DNA from: Verrucomicrobiia bacterium
GTDB lineage: Bacteria; Verrucomicrobiota; Verrucomicrobiia; Limisphaerales; DASXHY01
Direction of reading: 5' to 3'
Length of the DNA: 64,000 nt
Assembly: GCA_035552155.1 (NCBI GenBank)
Contig: DASZLX010000035.1
Coordinates: 65,381 to 129,380 of the forward strand
Made by a program: the position numbers and the translations under genes
The notes under the pieces: model-generated
Told to the model about the DNA's origin: nothing
The model's input: the letters and a program-made list of their open reading frames with translations, nothing else
Database searches by the model: none
Part shown: positions 36,852 to 45,014 of the stretch, piece after piece
How the letters are laid out: each line of letters begins with the position of its first letter
Position numbering within the stretch: position 1 is the first letter of the stretch

Positions 36852-37745
36852 ATGGAACTGCGCCATCTGCGTTACTTCGTGGCCGTGGCCGAGACGGAAA
36901 ACGTCTCGCGCGCGGCGCTCAAGCTCCATGTGTCGCAGCCGGGCATCAGCCGGCAAATCCGCGATCTCGAAGATGAAATCGGTTTTCAACTTTTCGAGCG
37001 TAGCGCGAAATCCCTCAAACTCACCGATGCGGGAAAAAGTTTTTTGACGGAAGCGCGCGCCGTTTTGCAGCGCGCCGATGAAGCCGTGAAAACAGCGCGC
37101 GCGATTGCCACCGGCGGACAAGGCGAACTGCACGTCGGTTACGCGCCCTCGCCCACCTCCCGCATTCTGCCGCCGGCATTGCGCGCCTTCCAGGCCGACC
37201 TGCCCAACGTGCGCGTGAAACTGCACGATTTTTCCACCGAAGAAATGGTCACCGGCCTGCGTGACGGCAAATTGCAGATCGCATTTCTCGTGCGCCTGAG
37301 CGACGGCATGTTGCGCGGGTTGCATTTCGAGGAGCTGATGCGCGACCCCATTTGCCTGGCGGCTTCGCCAAAACATCCGCTCGCCCGGCGGCGTTCGGTC
37401 AGCCTCGCTGAAGTCGTGCGCGAACCGCTCGTGATGTACAGCCGCGCGGAATATCCCGAGGCGCACGAGGAACTCGTCAAGATGTTCGCTCAAACCAAAG
37501 ACAAACCGCGCATTGCGGCCGAGCATGACGGCGTGGCGAGCTTGATCGCCGGGGTGGAATCGGGCGAAGGCGTGGCGCTCGTTCCGGAATCGATCGGATG
37601 CATTGCCGGACCGCGCCTCAAACTGGTGCGCGTCTCGCCCGCGCCGCCGCCCTTGATCATCGGCGCCGCGTGGCCAAAGGATGGCTTGACTCCCACAGCC
37701 GGACGATTTTTAAAATGCGCGCAGGAAGTGGTGATTGAGCGTTGA
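36852..37745 (+). CDS. LysR family transcriptional regulator
   Basis: MELRHLRYFVAVAETENVSRAALKLHVSQPGISRQIRDLE HTH plus a LysR substrate-binding domain. Confidence 0.93.
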   Translation: MELRHLRYFVAVAETENVSRAALKLHVSQPGISRQIRDLEDEIGFQLFERSAKSLKLTDAGKSFLTEARAVLQRADEAVKTARAIATGGQGELHVGYAPSPTSRILPPALRAFQADLPNVRVKLHDFSTEEMVTGLRDGKLQIAFLVRLSDGMLRGLHFEELMRDPICLAASPKHPLARRRSVSLAEVVREPLVMYSRAEYPEAHEELVKMFAQTKDKPRIAAEHDGVASLIAGVESGEGVALVPESIGCIAGPRLKLVRVSPAPPPLIIGAAWPKDGLTPTAGRFLKCAQEVVIER

Positions 37746-37836
37746 AACTCTGCGCAGCGGCATCGCAAATATTCCAATTTGTTTTATTCCATACCGGCAT
37801 TGAAACGTTTTCGCGGCAGCGTTTTCCCATCGACTG

Positions 37837-38733
37837 TCATTCCCACGGACTGACGCCGATGTCTTTTTCCGCAATCCCCAATTGCTCCAGGGCCTCGCTG
37901 TAACCACAATCCACCGCCGCCTCGATTCGCTTTCGCGCGCTGGTGAAGGTTCCAATCGTCAGTGGCTTCAGCGGCGAAAAAACCTGAAGATGAATTCCCG
38001 GTGGCGGCTGCTTAAGGAGCTCCAGCGCGGCGTTGTAATGCATGTATTGCCGCGTCGTCCACGCCTCGGCGACTTTGGGAAATTCCGGAAACGCCACCCG
38101 CCCCAACCAGCGCGAGATGGGTTTCAGCCGCAAATCGGGGCTATGTGTCAGCACCACGGTAATGTCCGTCGCGCCGTCCTGGATGGCGCGTTGAATCGGA
38201 ATCGGATCCGACACGCCGCCGTCCGCGAACGGATGTCCATCCACGTAATCGTAGCCGCGCGTCGCCAGTGGCATCGAAGCCGTGGCGCGCAGCGCGGCAA
38301 AAACTCTCTCATCATGAGCGTGAAAATAAACCGGCTCGCCCGTGTGACAGTCCGTAAGCACGATAAAGAAACGCGTCGGGGCCTTTTGCAACGCTTCCAC
38401 CGACAGCGGTACATGCTGACGAAAGACGTGGTCCACGAGATAGGCGATATCAATCACCGGCTTGTGCCGCAGAAAATTTGTTTTGCGGACCACCTTGCAG
38501 GCGTGCTCCCGCCAGATGGCCAGGCCCGGTTGCCACATGCCTGCGACAAAATAAGCGGCGGAACAAGCGCCCGAAGAGGCGGCATAGGTCAGATCATATT
38601 GGCAAAGTCCCCGTTGGTAGAGAAAGGCCAGCACGCCCGCCGCCCAGGCCCCGCGCATGGCGCCGCCCTCGATGATTAAAGCAGTCTTGCGAGGAATCTC
38701 CCTGGCTTCCAACTTTGTTGGCGAAGTTAACAT
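37837..38733 (-). CDS. patatin-like phospholipase family protein
   Basis: Oxyanion motif EGGAMRGAWAAG, nucleophile AASSG (GxSxG variant), and catalytic Asp in ADGGVSD. Start chosen at MLTSPTKLE. Confidence 0.85.
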   Translation of the reverse strand: MLTSPTKLEAREIPRKTALIIEGGAMRGAWAAGVLAFLYQRGLCQYDLTYAASSGACSAAYFVAGMWQPGLAIWREHACKVVRKTNFLRHKPVIDIAYLVDHVFRQHVPLSVEALQKAPTRFFIVLTDCHTGEPVYFHAHDERVFAALRATASMPLATRGYDYVDGHPFADGGVSDPIPIQRAIQDGATDITVVLTHSPDLRLKPISRWLGRVAFPEFPKVAEAWTTRQYMHYNAALELLKQPPPGIHLQVFSPLKPLTIGTFTSARKRIEAAVDCGYSEALEQLGIAEKDIGVSPWE

Positions 38734-38913
38734 CTTTTTCCCGGCATCGCCGCGGTATGCAGCGATCACCATACCTTGGACGAAAAGATAACATGGCTTA
38801 TTCGAAGCGGGAAGAAAAACGCGGTCCGGTAATGTACCAATAGCGCATCGGGTAACACCCCGATGGCACAATTTTGCGCTTTAAAACGGCGAACCAGGGC
38901 CCGTCGCCATCCG

Positions 38914-39687
38914 TCAAATTTGTGACGCCGAAGTGCGTTTGAGGATGACCCTGATAATGGTTGAGACGTTATCCTTGAATTGCGGATCCGCCTGGAGATT
39001 CTTCCACACCGTCGCATTCCCAAAAGCCTGCCAATGCTTTTTGTGCTCGTCCAGATTCTCGCCGCAGGTCATGTAAACAAGGCTCGGCATCGTGGAACCG
39101 GCGAGCATTCGCGAGTAAAAAATCGGCGCCAGGCCCACGTCCTTCATCACGCCGATTTCGCCACTCTCGAACATTTTGATTTTGTTCAAACCCTTGTCTT
39201 CGCTGGGGCTGATGTAATTGCGCAATTCGAAGACATTCGGCTTTTTGTCCGCGGGCGGCAGGGACATTCGCTTCATGCCGTCGAATGCAACCAGCAGGGA
39301 AGTTTCAAATCGTTCGTAAGGCGTGTTGGCTTTTGTCGCGTCCAAAAAATCAGCCGCTGCCTTTTGATAAACCGAATCGGCGGCCAGCTTCGCAGGAATG
39401 GCCTCAAACGCTTCGAACGACTCGGCCGGCAGCAGAACGTAAATTTTGTTCGTCGGCGAATCCTCCATTTCCGTGAATACGCCCACGGGCTGAACGCCGA
39501 GCCGGTTGTAAGCGGGAACCGCCGCGTTCTGCCAGTAATCACTGATGCGTTTCTGCTGCTCGGCCGACTTCGTAATATAAACCCGTAATTCATAATATTG
39601 CCGGCCCTCCGCGCCGGTGGCGCGCGAAGAGTCGGAGAAAAAAATGAGGACGGAAGCAGCGACGAGAAAAAAGAATCGCAAGGTCAT
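38914..39687 (-). CDS. NIPSNAP family protein (two domains), secreted
   Basis: Signal peptide, then YYELRVYITK.. and FELRNYISP.. NIPSNAP-like repeats. Confidence 0.8.
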   Translation of the reverse strand: MTLRFFFLVAASVLIFFSDSSRATGAEGRQYYELRVYITKSAEQQKRISDYWQNAAVPAYNRLGVQPVGVFTEMEDSPTNKIYVLLPAESFEAFEAIPAKLAADSVYQKAAADFLDATKANTPYERFETSLLVAFDGMKRMSLPPADKKPNVFELRNYISPSEDKGLNKIKMFESGEIGVMKDVGLAPIFYSRMLAGSTMPSLVYMTCGENLDEHKKHWQAFGNATVWKNLQADPQFKDNVSTIIRVILKRTSASQI

Positions 39688-39936
39688 TGGCCACTCAGAC
39701 GCTGGCGCGTTTTCAAGGTTACATCAGACCGAAGATGCGGCTTATCGAACACAGCCCCGTTTGCTGTTGCGCCTCCGGCGGTTCGGTAGTTTTTCGGATG
39801 TCTGCGCTGGACTAGACTCATAGTCCAAGAGCCCATTGTGAATAACTAAGGGTAAATTCCCATTGGAAAAAAAGCCTTACCCTTTTAACTTCCCCGCGGT
39901 TCCTCTTGGTTTTTTCAGAGCCGTGGAATCGTAGTG

Positions 39937-39976
39937 AAAAGGGCGGCAAAGAGCTCGTGCCGCCCTTTTGCTTTTT
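39937..39976 (+). terminator. canonical intrinsic terminator without an annotated upstream gene
   Basis: AAAAGGGCGGCA-aagagctcg-TGCCGCCCTTTTGCTTTTT, an 8-bp GC stem extended by A:T pairs, with the T-tract on the plus strand. Confidence 0.65.
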
Positions 39977-40000
39977 CCGAATCTAGGTTCTCCGCAGATT

Positions 40001-40181
40001 GGGTGCGACTGAAAGTGAGGGTCAAATGGCCGAACGCGCGCTGTGATCTCCCTCTCTGCCATGAAATGGCGGAGAGGGCCGGGGTGAGGTGGTGCTCATC
40101 ATTCTTACTGCCCGCGAAAGAGTGAGATCAGGCTTTTCATCAAATAATTCCAGCCACTATCCCTCACTTCCTGTCGCACCC
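40001..40181. mobile_element. MITE-like element, copy 1 (181 bp)
   Basis: Terminal inverted repeats GGGTGCGACTGAAAGTGAGGG and CCCTCACTTCCTGTCGCACCC (19/21). Internal palindrome CCCTCTCTGCCATGAAATGGCGGAGAGGG. No credible ORF. Homologous to 56663..56843. Confidence 0.7.
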
Positions 40182-40244
40182 CCCGCAAATTACGCAGATT
40201 GAAATTACTCCCCAAAAATTGACACGATTCCGTAAAGTATTTGG

Positions 40245-40271
40245 AATCTGCGTAATCTGCGCAATCTGCGG
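40245..40271 (+). repeat. 9-bp tandem repeat AATCTGCGN x3
   Basis: AATCTGCGT AATCTGCGC AATCTGCGG. Inverted partners CGCAGATT lie at 39993..40000 and 40192..40199. Confidence 0.85.
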
Positions 40272-40326
40272 ATTCGCCCGTCCTCCGCGCGTTGACACCT
40301 CCGCACACCGCCCGTAAGTTCGTTTT

Positions 40327-42384
40327 GTGTTCGAACTCGTTTCTCCCTACCAACCCGCCGGAGACCAGCCGCAAGCCATTGCGAAGCTGTCCGAAGCCGT
40401 TTCCGCGGGCGCCAAACACCAGACGCTGCTCGGTGTCACCGGTTCCGGAAAAACTTTCACGATTGCGAACGTGATCAAAAATATCGAGAAACCGACCCTC
40501 GTCATTTCGCATAATAAAACGCTCGCCGCCCAGCTTTACGCCGAGTTCAAAAGCTTTTTCCCCAACAACGCCGTCGAATATTTCGTCAGCTACTTCGATT
40601 ACTACCAGCCTGAAGCCTACATTCCGCGCACCGACACCTTCGTCGAAAAGGATTCCAGCGTGAACGAAGAAATCGAGCGCATGCGCCTTTCCACGATGAG
40701 CTCGCTGTTCTCCCGGCGCGACGTCGTCGTCATCGCGAGCGTGTCCTGCATTTACGGCATCGGCAGCCGGGAGGATTACGAGGCCATGGTCATCGCCGTG
40801 CGCGTGGGCCAGCAGATGACCCGCGACCATTTCCTCCATCGCCTCGTGGATTTGCAATACACGCGCAACGACATCGAATTCATGCGCGGCCAGTTCCGCG
40901 TGCGCGGCGACACGGTGGAGCTTTGCCCCGCCGGACGCGAGGACGCGTTGCGCGTGGAATTTTTCGGCGATGAAATCGAGCGCATCACGCAATTCGAGCC
41001 GCTCACCGGCGAGAAAATCGACACGCTCGATTCCGTGATGGTTTTTCCCGCAAAACAATTCGTCGCGCCCGCCGATAAGCTGCGCCCCGCCCTGCTAGCG
41101 ATTCGCGAGGAACTGAGTGAGCGCATCGCGTGGTTCGAAAAACACGGCAAACTCCTCGAAGCGCAACGCATCAAGATGCGCACCGAATATGATTTGGAAA
41201 TGATGGAGGAAATGGGCTTTTGCTCTGGCATCGAGAATTATTCGCGCCACCTCGCCGCCCGCGCCCCGGGCTCGCGGCCCTTCACACTGTTCGATTTTTT
41301 TCCGAAGGATTATTTGCTCGTGATCGACGAATCCCACGCCACCGTGCCGCAAATTGGCGGGATGTATGAAGGCGACCGCTCGCGCAAGACCGTGCTGGTG
41401 GAGCACGGTTTTCGCCTGCCCAGCGCGCTCGACAATCGCCCGCTGGCCTTCGAGGAATTTCAATCGTTGCAGAACCAGACGATTTACGTCAGCGCCACTC
41501 CCGGCCCGCGGGAATTGGACTGGTCCGGCAACCGGGTGGCCGAACAAATTGTCCGCCCTACCGGCCTCATCGATCCCAAAATCACCGTCAAGCCGTTGAA
41601 GGGCCAGATTGATGATTTAATCAACGAAGCCCGCAAGCGTTCCGATTCCAAGGAACGCGTGCTCGTCACCACGCTCACCAAACGCACCGCCGAGGAGCTG
41701 ACCGATTACCTGCGCGACATCGGCATCAAGGTCCAATATCTCCACAGCGAAATCGGCGCCATCGAGCGCGTCGAAATCCTGCGCGCCTTGCGCAAGGGCG
41801 AGTTCGACGTCCTTGTCGGCATCAATCTTCTGCGCGAAGGGCTGGACCTGCCGGAAGTTTCGCTGGTGGCCATTCTCGACGCGGACAAGGAAGGTTATTT
41901 GCGCAGCGCCACCAGTCTCATCCAAACCGCGGGCCGCGCCGCGCGCCATCTCCATGGCGAGGTGATTCTTTACGCGGACGTGATGACGCAAAGCATTCAA
42001 AAATTTCTCGCGGTCTCAGAATATCGCCGCAAAAAACAAATCGCCTACAACGAGGAGCATCACATCACTCCCCGCAGCGTCAGCCGCGCCGTGGAGGACA
42101 GCCTGGCGACCTATCAAACCAATCGCGACGCGGCCCATTCGGTTTTGCAGGAAGGCGGCGTGGATATCGACATCAGCGAAACCATCAAGGAACTCGAAGG
42201 CGAAATGCTGGCCGCGGCGAACAACCTCGAGTTCGAAAAGGCCGCCCTCATGCGCGATCAGATCCGCGAGTTAAAGAGAAGCCTGGACGGCGGGGCATCC
42301 TCTCCCGCCCCGAAAAGCGGGCCGGTCAGCTATGGCCGGGAAAAGTTTGCGTCGCGCGGGCGTGGCAAATCCCGCGCCCGTTAG
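40327..42384 (+). CDS. uvrB: excinuclease ABC subunit B
   Basis: [25 protein letters not shown], helicase motifs, and the C-terminal UVR domain [19 protein letters not shown] start. Confidence 0.97.
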   Translation: MFELVSPYQPAGDQPQAIAKLSEAVSAGAKHQTLLGVTGSGKTFTIANVIKNIEKPTLVISHNKTLAAQLYAEFKSFFPNNAVEYFVSYFDYYQPEAYIPRTDTFVEKDSSVNEEIERMRLSTMSSLFSRRDVVVIASVSCIYGIGSREDYEAMVIAVRVGQQMTRDHFLHRLVDLQYTRNDIEFMRGQFRVRGDTVELCPAGREDALRVEFFGDEIERITQFEPLTGEKIDTLDSVMVFPAKQFVAPADKLRPALLAIREELSERIAWFEKHGKLLEAQRIKMRTEYDLEMMEEMGFCSGIENYSRHLAARAPGSRPFTLFDFFPKDYLLVIDESHATVPQIGGMYEGDRSRKTVLVEHGFRLPSALDNRPLAFEEFQSLQNQTIYVSATPGPRELDWSGNRVAEQIVRPTGLIDPKITVKPLKGQIDDLINEARKRSDSKERVLVTTLTKRTAEELTDYLRDIGIKVQYLHSEIGAIERVEILRALRKGEFDVLVGINLLREGLDLPEVSLVAILDADKEGYLRSATSLIQTAGRAARHLHGEVILYADVMTQSIQKFLAVSEYRRKKQIAYNEEHHITPRSVSRAVEDSLATYQTNRDAAHSVLQEGGVDIDISETIKELEGEMLAAANNLEFEKAALMRDQIRELKRSLDGGASSPAPKSGPVSYGREKFASRGRGKSRAR

Positions 42385-42491
42385 AGCTTTTGAAAAATAC
42401 GGGAGCTGCGGAAGCCAAAATTCAAAAAAGACCGCTCTGTCTTTTCCTTTCCAAACAGGTACAGTATTTTTGAAAAAGTTCTAGCTCATAC

Positions 42492-43388
42492 ATGAGACAT
42501 ATCGGCTCCTTTGCCAGCGAAGCGCAGGCGCGTTTTTTCACGGACTTCCTATTGTCCCGTGAAATTCGCAGCCATCTCGAACCCGAGCCCGACCGCACCT
42601 GGTCGGTATGGATTCGCGACGAAGACCAGATCGTGGAGGCGCAATCAGCCCTGACGCGGTTTCAGGCGAATCCCACCGCCGCCGAATTCCAAAAAGCTCC
42701 CGAAGCCGCCGCCCAGACCCGCCAGAAGGAAGCTGAAGATTTGGAAAAATACCGCCGGCGCGTCCGCTCGAGCCAAAGCCTGTTCTTAAAATTTGGCGCT
42801 TACAGCATCGGCCCACTGACGTTCACATTCATCCTCGTGTGCGTTTACGTGGCCATTTTTTCGAAACTCGGCACGAATGACGAGTGGCTGCGGGTCTGGC
42901 ACATCAGCGATCCCGAGAACCCGAGCCCGCAATTCCTCGGAGAAGTTTTCCACGGCCAGGTCTGGCGTTTGTTCACGCCCATCTTCATTCACTACGGCCT
43001 GATCCACATTCTTTTCAACATGCTTTGGTTTTATCAGTTGGGCTCGATGATTGAAGCGCGCCAAAGCTCGCTGTTTCTGCTGGCCTTCATCGCGGTGTCG
43101 GCGGCCCTTTCCAATTCGGCCCAATATTATTTCGACGGGCCGGGATTCGGCGGCATGTCGGGCGTGGTGTACGCGCTGGCGGGTTATATCTGGATTCGCG
43201 GCAAATACGACCGCAGCTCCGGGCTGTTCCTCTCCACCCAAAATGTCGCGATCCTCGTGGTCTGGCTGGTGATTTGTTATACCGGCGCGGTGGGACCGAT
43301 TGCCAATGCCGTGCATCTCACGGGATTAATCACCGGCATGGCCTGGGGAGCCGCCGCCGCATTTCTTGCGTCGCGAAAACCGGAGTAA
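42492..43388 (+). CDS. rhomboid family intramembrane serine protease
   Basis: N-terminal cytoplasmic domain plus 6 TM segments. Catalytic GMSGVVYAL and the His in AVHLTGLITG. Confidence 0.85.
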   Translation: MRHIGSFASEAQARFFTDFLLSREIRSHLEPEPDRTWSVWIRDEDQIVEAQSALTRFQANPTAAEFQKAPEAAAQTRQKEAEDLEKYRRRVRSSQSLFLKFGAYSIGPLTFTFILVCVYVAIFSKLGTNDEWLRVWHISDPENPSPQFLGEVFHGQVWRLFTPIFIHYGLIHILFNMLWFYQLGSMIEARQSSLFLLAFIAVSAALSNSAQYYFDGPGFGGMSGVVYALAGYIWIRGKYDRSSGLFLSTQNVAILVVWLVICYTGAVGPIANAVHLTGLITGMAWGAAAAFLASRKPE

Positions 43389-43397
43389 ATCCGTCTT

Positions 43398-43434
43398 CAC
43401 TCTGCGCCTTCGCTTCTTGCGCCTTTGCGTTAAA
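43398..43434 (-). repeat. short-period repeat ending in TTGCGCCTTTGCGTTAAA
   Basis: CACTCTGCGCCTTCGCTTCTTGCGCCTTTGCGTTAAA. The last 18 nt are identical to 47332..47349. Lies 12 nt 3' of the minus-strand stop at 43446. Confidence 0.8.
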
Positions 43435-43445
43435 AACAACTCCGG

Positions 43446-44102
43446 TTAAACCACGGCGCCCGTCTGGCGCGAATTCGCCTGCATGGTCGCGTGCCAAAGA
43501 TTCAATGAATCGTGGAGCTTGTCGAGCCAGGGCAACACTCGGATTTCCAGCGCATCGGACAGCACCGTTGCACTGCGCCATTCGCACGCGTTGTTCACGT
43601 CCTGGATGACCGCGCCCAGTTGCTGCAGTTGCCATTTGCGCAATTGCGTCAGCGACGCCTGCCCTTCCGCCGCGTTATACGTTCCCTCGGGCAACAAGCT
43701 CAGCGTCAACAACGGCTCCTTCAGCGCGAGGGATAATTTCCACCACAGTTCATGCGCGTGTTCGCGGTCGTTGATAAGCACCAGTCCCACCGCCGAGAGC
43801 ACTTTCTCGCGTACAGAAATCGTTTGTTGCAACGCCGCCTTGATCAGTTGCGCGGGAACGTCGTGCAATCCCATCGTCTCCGCTTCAATGCTCGCGAAGG
43901 ATTTCTCATCGTCCGGCGGCTGCGTGAGATTGATCGGCGCGCCATCCACGGAGAGCGAACACAGGATGCGCTGTTGATGCAGCGCCACCGATTCCAGGTA
44001 GGAACAAATCCCGCGAAGCGACCGCCGTTCGGAAGGAATTTCCAGGGGAAGCCCGTCGAGCTTTACTTCAACCGCGCTGTGAGGAACCGAATCAAATGTC
44101 AT
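43446..44102 (-). CDS. hypothetical protein
   Basis: Start chosen at ATG 44102 (MTFDSVPH); the track ORF extends to 44330. No family recognised. Confidence 0.5.
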   Translation of the reverse strand: MTFDSVPHSAVEVKLDGLPLEIPSERRSLRGICSYLESVALHQQRILCSLSVDGAPINLTQPPDDEKSFASIEAETMGLHDVPAQLIKAALQQTISVREKVLSAVGLVLINDREHAHELWWKLSLALKEPLLTLSLLPEGTYNAAEGQASLTQLRKWQLQQLGAVIQDVNNACEWRSATVLSDALEIRVLPWLDKLHDSLNLWHATMQANSRQTGAVV

Positions 44103-44331
44103 ACGTCCCGCCCCTTTCGCACGAAATGTACCCGCAAAACCCATGTCCGAAATTCTACGTAAACTTTTGAGGGAGGCGGGAATGCGTTGCGGCATCGCCC
44201 GGGGGATTTTCGCTTTTAAGCTGCCGTTTATGTGGATTTCGCTCGTTTTACGAAGCTGCAAAAAAACCGCCTGTCCAGATAAGGTACAGCAGATTGTCTC
44301 AGTCTGGACAACGCCTCCCGGGGGAAACACG

Positions 44332-44928
44332 TCAATTCAACGATAAATCTTCGGGCATCTGCGAAAGCAGCCGATATTTCGGCCCCATGGCGCGCAGCAC
44401 TTTTTGCCACAGGGTCGCCGGATCGGCATCCAGCACCAATTCGAGTGAGGCCGGGAAAGTCAGCCACGCTTTGCGTTTCATTTCATCCTCCAACTGGCCT
44501 GCCGACCAACCGGCGTAACCGGCAAACATTTTTACTTTGCGCGCCGGTGAAAACGATTCTCCAATCTCCACCAGGGTATCGAGCGAATGACCCAGGAGAA
44601 GATTTGGAATCACGTTCACATCCGGTGCTTCGAGAGAAATTTCCGGCTGATCGACCTGGGGAATAAACGCCTCCGAATGCAGGAAGCTCAAAGCCGTCGG
44701 CTGCACCGGCCCGCCGAGATACAACGGAAATTCCTTTAAAGTTTCCGGCAGGTCCGCCACCACCATCTCGCCAATCTTGCTCCCGGTGCTGCGGTTGAGC
44801 ACCAGGCCAAACGCGCCTTCCGCATTGTGCTCGCAGATGAGGACCACCGTGCGCTGGAAGAACGAGCCGCGCAACTGGCCGCTGTCCAGCAGCAACTGGC
44901 CTTTCAGGAATTTTCCCGGCTCGCTCAT
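44332..44928 (-). CDS. YqgE/AlgH family (UPF0301) protein
   Basis: GQLLLDSGQLRGSFFQRTVVLICEHNAEGAFGLVLNR and GYAGWSAGQLEDE motifs. Confidence 0.85.
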   Translation of the reverse strand: MSEPGKFLKGQLLLDSGQLRGSFFQRTVVLICEHNAEGAFGLVLNRSTGSKIGEMVVADLPETLKEFPLYLGGPVQPTALSFLHSEAFIPQVDQPEISLEAPDVNVIPNLLLGHSLDTLVEIGESFSPARKVKMFAGYAGWSAGQLEDEMKRKAWLTFPASLELVLDADPATLWQKVLRAMGPKYRLLSQMPEDLSLN

Positions 44929-44957
44929 CCACCCGAAACTTGCACACTTTTTTGCTT

Positions 44958-44994
44958 CTGGCAAAAGCAAAAGGCGCGGGAAAACCCGCGCCTT
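44958..44994 (-). terminator. intrinsic terminator downstream of tkt
   Basis: On the minus strand AAGGCGCGGG-tttt-CCCGCGCCTT (10-bp stem) is followed by TTGCTTTTGCC. Confidence 0.75.
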
Positions 44995-45014
44995 GAAAAA
45001 CGGTCCGGCCGCGA

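Noticed and set aside
39934-40125. 63-aa ORF inside MITE copy 1, and the analogous 56723..56911 ORF inside copy 2
   Set aside because: The two ORFs are in different frames and extents in the two copies, and the shared peptide stretch is just the translated internal palindrome. The element is therefore non-coding.
40280-40330. Possible LexA/SOS box upstream of uvrB (GTTCG..GTGTTCGAAC)
   Set aside because: The palindrome GTTCGAAC overlaps the start codon itself. It does not match any LexA consensus I can state with confidence.
40105-41058. 317-aa ORF antisense to uvrB
   Set aside because: uvrB on the plus strand is certain, so this is an antisense artefact.
42383-42486. Apparent inverted repeat flanking the uvrB 3' region (..CTTTTGAAAAATAC / GTATTTTTGAAAAAG..)
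   Set aside because: The shared core TTTTGAAAAA is nearly self-complementary, so direct and inverted readings cannot be told apart. It is low-complexity A/T sequence. The AAAAGAC-cgctct-GTCTTTT hairpin at 42426..42445 is only a weak candidate terminator.
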